Of a stretch of DNA of 64,000 nucleotides, positions 1-24,545 are shown one piece after another. Both the position numbers and the translations under genes were made by a program. Below the pieces are notes generated by a model, which worked only from the letters and a program-made list of their open reading frames with translations, had not been told where the DNA came from and made no database searches. The DNA comes from the human T2T-CHM13v2.0 reference genome, Homo sapiens, in the NCBI RefSeq assembly GCF_009914755.1, contig NC_060933.1, one strand, 5' to 3'. Positions within the stretch are counted from its first letter, which is position 1, and each line of letters starts with the position of its first letter.

Positions 1-416
1 GGATCAGCAGAAAAGAATGTTAGCTCTGGCCCATGGGTATGACTTCCTTTATGCCTCTCAGGAAGAAATTTAGAACAAAGAAGAGCAGTCAGAATTTAGT
101 CCTCAGTTCCCGCTTATCTGAATTCTACAAGACAGCAGATCTGTTTGGTGGGGGTCTGAGTTTCTGAAAAACAACTCAGGAACATATGTTATGATGTTAT
201 CTTTAGTTTCTATAGGGAACCAAATATCTTGTGATTCTAACTTCCTTGGCTATTGTTTTACGCTACTATTACCCCCTTCTTGCTTATCAAGTGGTTCACT
301 TACTTCTCAGGGCTAGCTAAGTGCCTGGAATTTCCCTTGAAGGAACTCAAGATTTTCCTTTATTTTCATGTGTGAGGGGGGCCTGCAGGCCCATAAGAGG
401 GGTCCCTGCTCCCTCA
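1..416 (-). mobile_element. Nested ERV1 LTR fragments (MER34/MER39-like at 1-105 abutting MER31/MER67-like at 106-416)
   Basis: Reverse complement starts TGAGGACTAAATTCTGA (at 105) and TGAGGGAGCAGGGACCCC (at about 416), typical MER4-group LTR 5' ends. Subfamily names are tentative. Confidence 0.55.
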
Positions 417-649
417 TCAGTAGTTCATTCCTTTCTGTTGCTGAGTAGTATTTCATTGTATGAATGTAAGACAATTTATTTATCTGTTCACTAGTTGCTA
501 CACATTTGAGTTATTTGCAGTTTTTGGCAAGTGTTAATAAAACATACATAAGCATTTCCAGACAGATATTTTTGTGGACATGATTTCATTTTTCATGAGT
601 AAATACCTAGAAGTGGGATTGCCGGGTCATATAGTAAGTATATATTTAA

Positions 650-5300
<4,651 letters not shown>

Positions 5301-5559
5301 TTCTCAGCCCTGTCTCTTCAGCTTGACTTGCTGCCTGTGATAAGCCCACTCCTTTTGAGAGGAGTGGTTCATTTAGTTGAGCTTGCTCTGCCCTTTTGAA
5401 GTCTCAGGGCCTTGAATCACCTTGCTCCTTCAGTCTAGAATGAATCTAGTCTTTCTCTCCTAACTCCACCCCTTCAGGGATCATCCAGTTATTAGAACCC
5501 TCCAAACAATTTTTCTGGAGTTCTTTGGCCCTTTTTGCAATGCCCCCAATAATCCATGC

Positions 5560-6200
5560 AAATACTCATTCATAAGCTCAACAAATATCTATTGAGTGCC
5601 TGCCATGGGCCAAGTCCTGTTCCAGGACCTAAACACACAACCTAGAACAAATGAAATAAAAATACTTACTCTTCTGAAATTAGTATTCTACTGGAGAAGG
5701 CGGACAAGTAGTAAAAAAAAAAATTAACAAACCTATAGGGCATGTTAGAAGAGGAAACAAGAGTAAGGTGGGATTCCTATTTAAGTGGAATGGTGGGAGA
5801 GCTTCATTGAGAAGACCTGAAGGGATGAGAGAGCGGGCCGTATGGCCACTTAGGGAAGGAGCAGGTCAGCCGGAAGTACCTGGCAGGTTACAAGAAGAGG
5901 AAGGGGTCTATCAAGATTGGAGCAGGAAAGTGGGGAAGAGGTGCGGGAGGTTACAGGGGCTAGATTCCATCAGGCCTTGTAGGCCACTATAAAGACTTGG
6001 GTTTTAACTCTGAGTGAAATGGGAAACCATTGCAGGGTTTTAAGCAAAGGAGGGTCATAATTTGACGTTTTTAAAACGTCCGTCTGGCTGTGGAGAATAG
6101 CCAAGAGAAGTAAGGTATAATCAAGAAGCTATTGCAATAATCCAGGTGAGCCATGAGGGTGGACTGGACCATGGGGGCAGGTGTGGAAGTCATAAGATTA
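5560..6200 (+). mobile_element. L2 fragment
   Basis: cattca...caacaaatatctattgagtgcc and gactttggttttaactctgagtgaaatgggaaaccattgcagggttttaagc-like L2 signatures. Confidence 0.65.
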
Positions 6201-6549
6201 ATATGTGTTTAACTCAAGTTGTGGCATTAATTATGGCTTGCATTAAATGCATCGGTAATATGCTTCTGCGGTGGATTTTTCCACCTTAGATTTCAGGGAA
6301 TGGAAGTGATGGGAGCGGGTAGGGAAGGTCTGAGGTTACTAAACAGATGGAGCCTCCTGGATCTGCAAACCTCATATGATTCTAGGCCTCTGAGCCTCTG
6401 GCGCAGCAATAATTCTGCAGCCGAGCCCACTAGCCGCTTCCCAGTGACCATGCGCAACAGGCAGGTGGGAGCCTATGGAAAGCGCGGACTTTCGGAAAGC
6501 TGCACGAGCGCGTTCGGGGAGTCCGGTTCAGCGCCTCTGCGCAGGCGCA

Positions 6550-6644
6550 GTGGTCCCCGCAGGCTTGCGCGCGCACTCGCTGCGGGACAAGCTTCTGGAA
6601 GCTCTTTGCGGTGGCGTTGGTGCTGTTTGCGGATGCTGATGCAG
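6550..6644 (+). other. ZNF483: ZNF483 non-coding exon 1 (5' boundary approximate)
   Basis: Donor GCAG|GTACTG at 6644/6645 within the CpG island, just downstream of the NRF1 site. The TSS cannot be read from sequence. Confidence 0.7.
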
Positions 6645-6829
6645 GTACTGGTCGTCCCGGGCCCCGAGTTTCGGGGCCGTGGCCGGGTCGCCGGCTCCGA
6701 GGGCGCACCTGGGGCGGGATGGGGGCCGGGAGCAGCCTACCAACGGGCTGTGCGCTGCGCTGCTGCTGCTTCTGTGGGAGGTGCGCACTCCGCTGCGGGA
6801 TGGGGCTGTTGGCTTCCCTCCATCCCTCC

Positions 6830-7078
6830 CTGCGCCACTTGGGCACTGTTGACATTTTGGGCGGGATAATGCCTTGTTTTGTTTGTGTGGTGTGGCGGTG
6901 AGGGGGAGGCTCTCCCGTTGTTGCAGGATGTTTAACAGCGTCACTGGTTCTGCCCGTTAGATAACAGTACCACCTCTCGTCCCAGTCGAGCTAACCAAAA
7001 ATGTGTCCAGACATTGCCAGAGGACCGCTGGGGGGTGAAATCTCTCCTTTTTTCTTCCCTCTGGTTGAGATCCTCTGG
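6830..7078 (+). mobile_element. MER20 (hAT-Charlie non-autonomous) inside the CpG island
   Basis: ggcactgttgacattttgggcgggataat...aaccaaaaatgtgtccagacattgcc...tggttgagatcctctgg follows the MER20 consensus as I recall it. Confidence 0.75.
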
Positions 7079-8201
7079 CTGCGTCACATTTTCACCGGGC
7101 CTCCTATGTAAACTCCCTGTAGACGGAGCCGAGTGTCTTAGTCATCGCGGAGCCCCAGGTGCTCAGCACGGCGCCAGGTACGTGGTGGGCGCCTAATATT
7201 TGGCAGAGGAATAAATGACGTCATGCTGCTGTGTGCCGGGCGCTGTACTCGGAAGTGGGTTGTTATTGGTATGGTAGTTGCAATGCGAGGCTGTCACATC
7301 CTTCACTTGTCGCATTGTAGTCCCGCTCCGGCTGTATTGTCATTTCCTGGACCCTCTGTGAGCGTGAGGACCCTTTCAGGCCTGTCCACGCCTGGCCCCG
7401 CAGCTCATGGCCCCTGGTCTCGTTCCAGCTCATTGTAGTTGCTCCGTCACTTATAGAATGAATGAATGAATGCAACACAGGGCAGTCTGTGTGCAAAGGA
7501 GTGCTTTGGGATCAAGCAGAGCATCACACCAGAAGTGACAGTTGAAAGGAGTCAGGCTTTAAAGACGAATAAAAGTTTGGTAGGAGAAAGAAAGCAACAT
7601 TCCGAGGAGAGGGAATAGCCTTGGTGCAAAGGCTAGGAGAGTATGTAGAGAGAGAGGAGATACTAATTTATGGCTGTAGTGTCAATCGGGTAGCTAGAGC
7701 TCAAGAGGTGAGGTCATCAGACAGTGTCTCTAGATCACAATGCCATGGTCCCTGCATGTGAACTTTATCGAGAGACAGTTCGGTGGCTGGTGAGGGACTG
7801 TAAGCCGGGGAGTGATAAGATCATATTTTGCATGTTAGAAGGAATTTTTTGGCCACAGTGTGAGACTGGAGTGAAGAACCCTGTACTTAGGCAGTTTCAG
7901 AAGGATAGAATGGAGAGGTTCTTAGGAAATAAAATCGCCAGAACTTGGCGATTGATGGGAGAAGTAAGGAGGAAGAGAAATTTGAAAGTCAAATATTAAA
8001 TTGGGCTTCTGAGTTGAGCAACTAGTGAGAAATGTGTGCCCTTTCATTAAGAAAGGGTAGGAGTTGTTAAATAGCTTTGTGACTGGGTCCCCTTGTGAAC
8101 CTTTTCTGATAACATTTTGTTTAGGAGGAGTATTCAATCTAAAGCAACTGTTTCCTTAACCCTTAAGTAGCTCCCTGGTTTTTGACTATAAAGAAAATTA
8201 T

Positions 8202-8500
8202 GGCTGGGCACAGTGGCTCACGCCTGTAATCCTGACACTTTGGGAGGCTGAGGTGGGTGGATCGCCTGAAGTCAGGAGTTCAAGACTAGCCTGGCCAACA
8301 TGGCGAAACCCCGTCTCTACTAAAAATACAAAAATTAGCCAGGCATGGTGGTGGGCGCCTATAATCCCAGCTACTCAAGAGGCTGAGGTAGGAGAATCAC
8401 TTGAACCCAGCCGGGGCAGAGGTTGCAGTGAGCCGAGATCGCACCACTTCACTCCAGCCTGGGCACCAAGAGCGAAACTCCGTCTCAAAAAAAAAAAGAA
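8202..8500 (+). mobile_element. AluS
   Basis: Full dimeric Alu with A tail, about 150 nt upstream of exon 2. Confidence 0.93.
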
Positions 8501-8779
8501 AGAAAGTTATCCTTTTAATTGAGCAGGGCTTTTCTAGGCCTTTGCTGGTATGTGTGTGGATATATTTCTCTGAACCAAACCAAGAACGATGTTTTTAGGA
8601 CTAACAACAGTTTTTTTACTTATTTAATGCCTTAATATTTCTTCTTGACAGTTTCTGCAGGACTGTAAACTGGATTCCTGGAACCTTTGATATTCCTGGC
8701 TGTGTATAGTGCCTGTTGGTGGACTGTACTGATACTCAACTAGAGTGTGAAGGGACTGGATTCCTGCCCCTGAGACACA

Positions 8780-9191
8780 ATGCAAGCTGTAGTGCCCTTG
8801 AACAAGATGACAGCCATCTCACCAGAACCTCAAACTCTGGCCTCGACTGAACAAAATGAGGTCCCAAGAGTGGTTACTTCTGGGGAACAAGAAGCTATTT
8901 TAAGAGGAAATGCTGCTGATGCAGAGTCTTTCAGACAGAGGTTTAGGTGGTTTTGTTACTCAGAAGTAGCTGGACCCAGGAAAGCTCTGAGTCAACTCTG
9001 GGAGCTCTGCAATCAGTGGCTGAGACCAGACATTCACACGAAAGAACAGATTTTAGAGCTTCTGGTGTTTGAGCAGTTCCTGACCATTTTGCCTGGGGAG
9101 ATCAGGATTTGGGTAAAGTCACAACATCCTGAGAGTAGTGAGGAAGTGGTGACCCTAATAGAAGATTTGACCCAGATGCTTGAAGAAAAAG
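8780..9191 (+). CDS. ZNF483: ZNF483 coding exon 2 (start codon, SCAN domain)
   Basis: ATG at 8780 with A at -3. Translation [10 protein letters not shown]...[57 protein letters not shown]...LEEK is a SCAN box. Donor AAAG|GTGAGA; candidate acceptors at 8651/8652 and 8660/8661. 412 nt, phase 1. Confidence 0.97.
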
Positions 9192-10246
9192 GTGAGATTT
9201 ATAGATGGAGGGAGGAAGCGGGAGACATTGCCTCAAAGTCCGAAAGTAAATTCCTCAAAAGAAGGCAATTTACTGCTAAAGAGGAGTCTGAGGTTAGAAG
9301 TTGGGACTGGGTTTGAATCAGCCCTGCCATTTACTGTGTGATTTTGGGCAAGCTGTGTAAACTCTCAGAATGTAAATATTTTTATCTGTTAAAAAGGGAT
9401 TTTATCTTTCTTGTAGTTTTCTTGTAAAGGTGAGACAAGATAGGATATAATATATGGTGGATGCTCAAGAAATAGTAATTTCTTTCCCATCCCCTTCAAG
9501 AACACAAGTTATCTGTGAAAGTGTTTGGAGTCACAGGCAAATCAACCAGCTCAGGCCCTAATGCCTAGTTCCATTGTGTGGACTAGCACGTTGCTAGAGG
9601 GTGGCTGTGAGTGTCTTTGCTGATGGAAATGTTTCTGCACTGTTTTGCAATTCAAGTACATGAAAAGCAGCTAGTGCAAATAAGGAACTGAATTTTTTAA
9701 ATCAAATTTAAAGTTTAAATAGCCACATGCGACTAGTAACTATTTTATAGTGCAGTTCCACAGCCTTAGGGCAGGAAAACCTGGATATATGTATGTAATT
9801 ACATATTATAAATACAAATGTATAAACTATAAACTGAATTACGGTGATATCATTATAAAATATTGATGTAAAGTCTTCTAGGGTGAGTAGTCCTTTCAGG
9901 GAATGTGGCTCGCCTTTTTTCTCAAATTTGTAGCTATTTATGTTCTCAAATATGATACAAATATTTGTATTTTGCAGTGTAATATGCTACAAATATTTGG
10001 AATATTTGTAGTATATTATTTACCATAGGGCTCCTGACATATGTGTGACAGTTTGTATTCTGGAAGAGTTCTGAGATAGGGAAATAAATAGTATTTACCT
10101 CCATACACTTAATTCGCCATCACGCAGCTAATTAGTGTATCTCAAATTTGGGTTTCCTGACTCCTCTGTGATTTGTCACTGCAGTGTCATGCTTCTACAA
10201 AATTAGGGCCTCTTTGTGGAGGCCCCTGCAATAAAGAATTGATTTC

Positions 10247-10535
10247 GGGCTGGGTACGGTGGCTCACACCTGTAATCCCAGCACTTCGGGAGGCCTAGGC
10301 GGGTGGATCACCCGAGGTCAGGAGTTTGAGACCAGCCATACCAACATGGAGAAACCCCGTCTCTACAAAAATACAAACTCAGGCAGGTGTGGTGGTGCAC
10401 GCCTGTAATCCCAGCTACTCTGGAGGCTGAGGCAGGAGAATCGCTTGAACCGGGGAGGTGGAGTGAGCCAAGATCACGCCATTGCACCCCAGCCTGGGCA
10501 ATAACAGCGAAACTCCGTCTCAAAAAAAAAAAAAA
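10247..10535 (+). mobile_element. AluS (Sp/Sq-like)
   Basis: Full Alu with TSD close to A(A/G)GA(A)TTGATTTC. Confidence 0.92.
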
Positions 10536-11199
10536 GGATTGATTTCTAGGATTCTGTAGGGTGTAACAGTTTTCTTAAATTCACCCCACTTTTCTCTTTG
10601 ATTACGTAATTCTAATTCTTAATTTTTATTGATTGTCTAATCACTAAATTTGCCTAAAATTCTTTTCATAAGAAGGTAGAGTATGATTTGAAAAAATAAT
10701 TTTTCTTAATTGAAAAAGAGCTGTTGACATCCGAGGGTTTTTATGTATGTATTTTTTACTGCTCCTTGTGGAGCAGGGATCACTCATAGGCAGTATGCCC
10801 AGAATGGGCCAATCTGAAGGTACTGCATACATTTAGTTCCTATGAGTTTATTAGATGCCTCTTCTCTGTCTTAAGGAATCTGGTGGAGTCAACTCTTGAG
10901 ACTAACCTGGTGCTTTCATTCAGTTAGCAGGTTTGAGCAACTCTTGAGCAAGGCTTTGTACTAGGACTATGAAGAATACACAGTTTTACCTTACTACATC
11001 TTTTAAATTAGGATACTTCACAATTCATTATTGTTCAAATTAAATATTTTTAAACTGAGGGTATACAGAAAGAAGTTTTCGTGAGCTTAGGATTTGAAAA
11101 GATTTTTATATGAGCTAAGAGGAAATGCCTAGGTTTTCACAGGAAACTTTTATCTATGGCTGTTCTCTGTTTTAAAGAGTGGGACAACTTTTTGTTTCT

Positions 11200-12130
11200 T
11201 CTGACCTTTTTATCCAGAGAGGCTCAGAGCTCTTAGAACCCTTGTAATTTCCTGGGTGATTAGAACAGTAAGAGTATCTTTTGTTAAAATATTTGGCCTT
11301 TTGTCCGTGGTTCCTGAAACAGCTCCTGAGCTATAAAGGAGAAAGACAGTCTTTTTGTTATTTATAATAAGCTCCTTTTAACCACACTTGAGTTTATGTT
11401 AATGAGGTGATTTTTGGAAAGTCCTTAGATAACCCTGGAATTGGGGAAGGGTGCTGGTTGCCAGGGGAACCAACCCAGTTGCTTAGAGGGTTGGAACTCA
11501 GTTCCACCCCCCAACCTGTCAAAGGGGAGAGGGACTGAAGGTTGAGTTGATCACAGGACCAGTGATTTAATCAGTCATGCCTGTCTATGAAGCTTCCATA
11601 AAAACCCAAAAGGACACAGCTCATGAGAGTTTCCAGATAGCTAACCACGTGGCAGTTCCTGGAGAGCTGTGTACCCAGAGATGGCATGGAAGCAGCAAGC
11701 CCCTTGCCCTATGCAATGCCTCATCCATCTGGCTGTTCATCTGTATCCTTTGTAATACCCTTTACATTAAACCAGTAAACGTAAGTAAAGTGTTACGTGA
11801 GCCACTCTAGCAAATTACTGGAACCCAGGGAGGGGCTCATGGGAACCCCAATTTGTATCTTGTTGGTCAAAAGCCCTGGAGGGTCGGACATGAGACTGGC
11901 ATCTGAAGTGGAGGTCAGTCTTGGACTGAGGCCTTAACCTTTGGGAACTGATGCTATCTCCAGGTAGATAGCATTAGAAATGAATTAGAGGACACCCAGC
12001 TGGTGCCTGCTGGGGAGTCCAACACAGAACTGCCTGCTGGGTGTGGGGGAAACACCCCCACATATCTGGAGTCACAGAATTATTTTGTGTTGTGAGTATA
12101 GTAGGAGAAACTGACTTAGTTTTTTTCCTG
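11200..12130 (+). mobile_element. MER21-type LTR
   Basis: Characteristic gctggttgccagg...accaac...agagggttggaact...gatttaatcagtcatgcc...tctagcaaatta...ggaacccc...gacacccagctggtg. Confidence 0.8.
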
Positions 12131-12142
12131 TTTATCACTTAG

Positions 12143-12144
<2 letters not shown>

Positions 12145-12192
<48 letters not shown>
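12145..12192. repeat. (AT)24 microsatellite
   Basis: Pure AT dinucleotide run, about 60 nt upstream of the exon 3 acceptor. Confidence 0.97.
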
Positions 12193-12195
<3 letters not shown>

Positions 12196-12252
12196 ATTTT
12201 TAGTCTGAGGAATCTGTATGAACGACTGGACTGGTTTTCTCCCCTTTCCTAG

Positions 12253-12341
12253 ATCCAGTCTCTCAAGATTCTACTGTTTCCCAAGAGGAGAACTCAAAAG
12301 AGGATAAAATGGTCACTGTTTGTCCCAATACTGAGTCCTGT
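12253..12341 (+). CDS. ZNF483: ZNF483 exon 3 (linker DPVSQDSTVSQEENSKEDKMVTVCPNTESC)
   Basis: Acceptor cccctttcctAG|ATCC, donor TGT|GTAAGT. 89 nt restores frame (412+89=501). Confidence 0.95.
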
Positions 12342-12424
12342 GTAAGTTTCCTTTGATGGTTTTTATTCCTAAGTGAATACTTAATTGAGCTCCTACTGAG
12401 TGGTATAAAGATATAAAAATAAAA

Positions 12425-15060
<2,636 letters not shown>

Positions 15061-15116
15061 GTACTTAGGTTCTATTTGGGAATAATCCAATACAAAAGAG
15101 CTGTTTGGTGTTCTAG

Positions 15117-15243
15117 GAATCTATAACATTGAAGGATGTAGCTGTGAACTTTTCAAGAGGAGAGTGGAAGAAGCTGGAGCCTTTTCAAAAGGAGCTATAT
15201 AAGGAAGTGCTACTGGAAAACCTCAGGAACCTAGAATTTCTGG
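15117..15243 (+). CDS. ZNF483: ZNF483 exon 4 (KRAB-A box)
   Basis: ttctAG|GAA...CTGG|GTAAAG, the typical 127-nt KRAB-A exon. Encodes [42 protein letters not shown]. Confidence 0.96.
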
Positions 15244-15638
15244 GTAAAGACACCTTTTCTTCATTACCTAGCGTTTAACCTTGGGTCTCTTTTTGTTCCC
15301 TTTTATTGAAAGGTAAGTGCTGTGTGAAGTACTTGGTTTTGGCTGGGGACCCAGGGACTGATAGGACTAATCCTAAAAACTGGTTCTGAAAATGTGCTTT
15401 TCTGCAGCGTATCTTCTAGAAAAGGTCTTTGCTTCATTGAATTGGAAATGTGAAGCATCATTTTGATTTCATCAGTGGAATACCTTTTCCCATTTTTGTC
15501 TCAAGTTCCAGTATTTATGTCTGTGTATTTTGGTAGCATGTTTTTATCTTCCTTGGAGAACCAGAGGCTATATGTGAATGCTGGGATATCTTTACTCTAT
15601 GCAAAACAGCAATTTTCTGTTCTTTTCTCTATGAGCAG

Positions 15639-15731
15639 ACTTTCCAGTTTCAAAATTAGAGTTGATTTCCCAGCTAAAGTGGGTTGAATTGCCATGGCTG
15701 CTGGAAGAAGTCTCAAAAAGCTCCCGACTAG
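15639..15731 (+). CDS. ZNF483: ZNF483 exon 5 (KRAB-B box)
   Basis: atgagcAG|AC...CTAG|GTGAGT, 93 nt. DFPVSKLELISQLKWVELPWLLEEVSKSSRL matches the KRAB-B pattern (SK.ELISQL...ELPW). Confidence 0.95.
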
Positions 15732-15889
15732 GTGAGTTGGTGAAAAATACACAACGAAATTAAAGCAGTTGTTTAGCAAGTCTGTTGAGAAGACTCTTTG
15801 AAATGTTGGGCTGCCTAGATACTAAAATACAAAGATGATTAGAATAGAGCCCTTGCCTTCCTGAAATGTTCATTTTAGTGGGGGAGACT

Positions 15890-16630
<741 letters not shown>

Positions 16631-16921
16631 TTATGGACACTAGAGGACGTATCGAAACAAGAGTGTTAACACTGATGCATACTATATCAAGCACGTGTAT
16701 AAGGAGCTGTGGGAATATACAGGAGCAAGGTTTTAATTCGCATTTGAGTTGAATCTTGAAGGATGAGTAGGAATTCATCCAGTGGACAGCATGCATAATA
16801 ATTCCATTTTTGTTAAAGGGAAAAAATGTACATATAAATACATGCCTGAATACATAGAGTATATGGATTTTTAATATCTGGAAAACATTCATGTTAACAC
16901 TGGTTATCTTTGAAGAATTAG

Positions 16922-17948
<1,027 letters not shown>

Positions 17949-18040
17949 TTATCTTAAAAGAAAGAAGCAATGATCCATCTTGCTCTATTCCATCTTCTCA
18001 AACATTTATTGTAGTCAACTTATTGGCTGTTTCCAGTATA

Positions 18041-19938
<1,898 letters not shown>

Positions 19939-20209
19939 TGATTACATAAATAAAGGACAACAGTTGTTTTATCATATTTAAGTAGCATTTTGGAGAGGAA
20001 TTTAACAAATGGATTCTGAAAGTGTTTTGTGTAGTTCTAGCAGCACTGGTATAAATATATGTCCCTTCCCCAATTATCTTACATAAAAGAAAATGCCTCA
20101 TGTTGATACACAGCTTGTTTTAAAAGTTATTTACGACACACCGGAGAAAAAAGTTTTGACAGATACAGCAGAGTCAATGGCAATAATTAAAAAACAAACA
20201 AAAAAACTC

Positions 20210-22762
<2,553 letters not shown>

Positions 22763-23031
22763 CTAAACCTCTTAAAAAAATTCAAAATGAGGGTGAGAAC
22801 TTGCATCTAACTATAAAGCACAAACTTTTCATCTTTCTCAATGTTTTTCTTAACCCATGTGTTTACATTGTTTCCCTATATTGCCTTTTCCTTTTCTATT
22901 TTACAAAGCTCTTTTTGAGAACCATCGAAACTATATTCCTTATAGTTATTAATGTGTTCCTATTTCAGACCCAAAATACAACAGCTTCCTTTCTTGCAAA
23001 CAGGAAATATTCTATTTCTTATATCTTTTAG

Positions 23032-24545
23032 ATGAATCAGCTTTAGATAAAATAATAGAAAGGTGCCTCAGGGATGATGATCATGGCTTGATGGAAGAAT
23101 CCCAGCAATATTGTGGCAGCTCAGAGGAGGATCACGGTAATCAGGGAAATTCAAAAGGAAGAGTCGCACAAAACAAAACTCTTGGGAGTGGCAGTAGGGG
23201 TAAGAAATTTGACCCAGATAAAAGCCCCTTTGGACATAATTTCAAAGAAACTTCAGACTTAATTAAACATCTGAGAGTCTACTTGAGGAAGAAATCTCGG
23301 AGGTATAATGAAAGCAAGAAACCCTTCAGTTTTCATTCAGACCTTGTTCTGAACCGCAAGGAGAAAACCGCCGGAGAAAAGTCACGGAAATCTAATGATG
23401 GTGGGAAAGTCCTGAGTCACTCTTCAGCTCTTACTGAACATCAGAAACGTCAGAAGATTCATTTGGGGGATAGGTCCCAAAAATGCAGTAAGTGTGGGAT
23501 AATCTTTATTAGAAGATCAACTCTTTCTAGGAGAAAAACCCCTATGTGTGAGAAATGTCGGAAAGATTCATGTCAAGAAGCAGCCTTAAATAAAGATGAG
23601 GGAAATGAGAGTGGAGAAAAAACTCATAAATGTAGTAAGTGTGGAAAAGCCTTTGGCTATAGCGCCTCACTCACCAAACATCGGAGAATTCACACTGGAG
23701 AAAAACCCTATATGTGTAATGAATGTGGAAAAGCTTTTAGTGATAGTTCATCGCTCACACCACATCATAGAACTCATAGTGGAGAGAAACCCTTCAAATG
23801 TGATGACTGTGGGAAAGGTTTCACCCTAAGTGCTCACCTCATTAAACATCAGAGAATTCATACTGGAGAAAAACCTTATAAATGTAAAGACTGTGGGAGA
23901 CCCTTTAGTGACAGTTCATCTCTTATTCAACATCAGCGAATTCATACTGGAGAAAAACCCTATACATGTAGCAATTGTGGAAAATCCTTCAGTCATAGCT
24001 CATCCCTTTCCAAACATCAGAGAATTCATACTGGAGAGAAACCCTATAAATGTGGCGAATGTGGAAAAGCCTTTAGGCAGAATTCATGCCTTACCCGGCA
24101 TCAGAGAATTCACACTGGAGAAAAACCATATTTGTGTAATGATTGCGGAATGACTTTTAGCCATTTTACGTCTGTGATTTATCATCAAAGACTTCATTCA
24201 GGAGAAAAACCCTACAAATGTAACCAGTGTGAGAAAGCCTTCCCAACCCATTCACTGCTAAGTCGTCATCAGAGAATTCATACTGGTGTAAAACCTTATA
24301 AATGTAAAGAATGTGGGAAGTCCTTCAGTCAGAGTTCATCTCTTAATGAGCACCACCGAATTCATACAGGAGAGAAACCCTATGAGTGTAACTATTGTGG
24401 TGCAACCTTTAGTCGAAGCTCAATCCTTGTAGAACACCTAAAAATTCATACCGGAAGGAGAGAATATGAATGTAACGAATGTGAGAAGACATTTAAAAGT
24501 AATTCAGGCCTCATTAGACATCGGGGATTTCACTCTGCAGAGTAA
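23032..24545 (+). CDS. ZNF483: ZNF483 exon 6 (spacer plus 11 C2H2 zinc fingers, stop TAA)
   Basis: Acceptor atatcttttAG|ATGAA. 11 intact CxxC-x12-HxxxH fingers with TGEKP-type linkers at 23625-24533. Spliced CDS is 2235 nt = 744 aa plus stop. Confidence 0.98.

Larger units (their letters stand above)
6400..7300. promoter_or_regulatory. ZNF483: CpG island / promoter of ZNF483
   Basis: Only strongly GC- and CpG-rich non-Alu stretch in the window, lying 2.1 kb upstream of the SCAN exon. It contains an NRF1-type TGCGCAGGCGCA at 6538-6549, a palindromic CRE ATGACGTCAT at 7215-7224 and an ETS CGGAAGTG at 7250-7257. Confidence 0.9.

Noticed and set aside
6300-6944. Overlapping 96-189 aa ORFs on both strands at the promoter
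   Set aside because: Stop-codon scarcity in a GC-rich CpG island; no recognisable domain.
23596-24153. Alternative-frame ORFs (IREFILEKN repeats)
   Set aside because: The usual shadow frame of C2H2 linkers within the ZNF483 finger exon.
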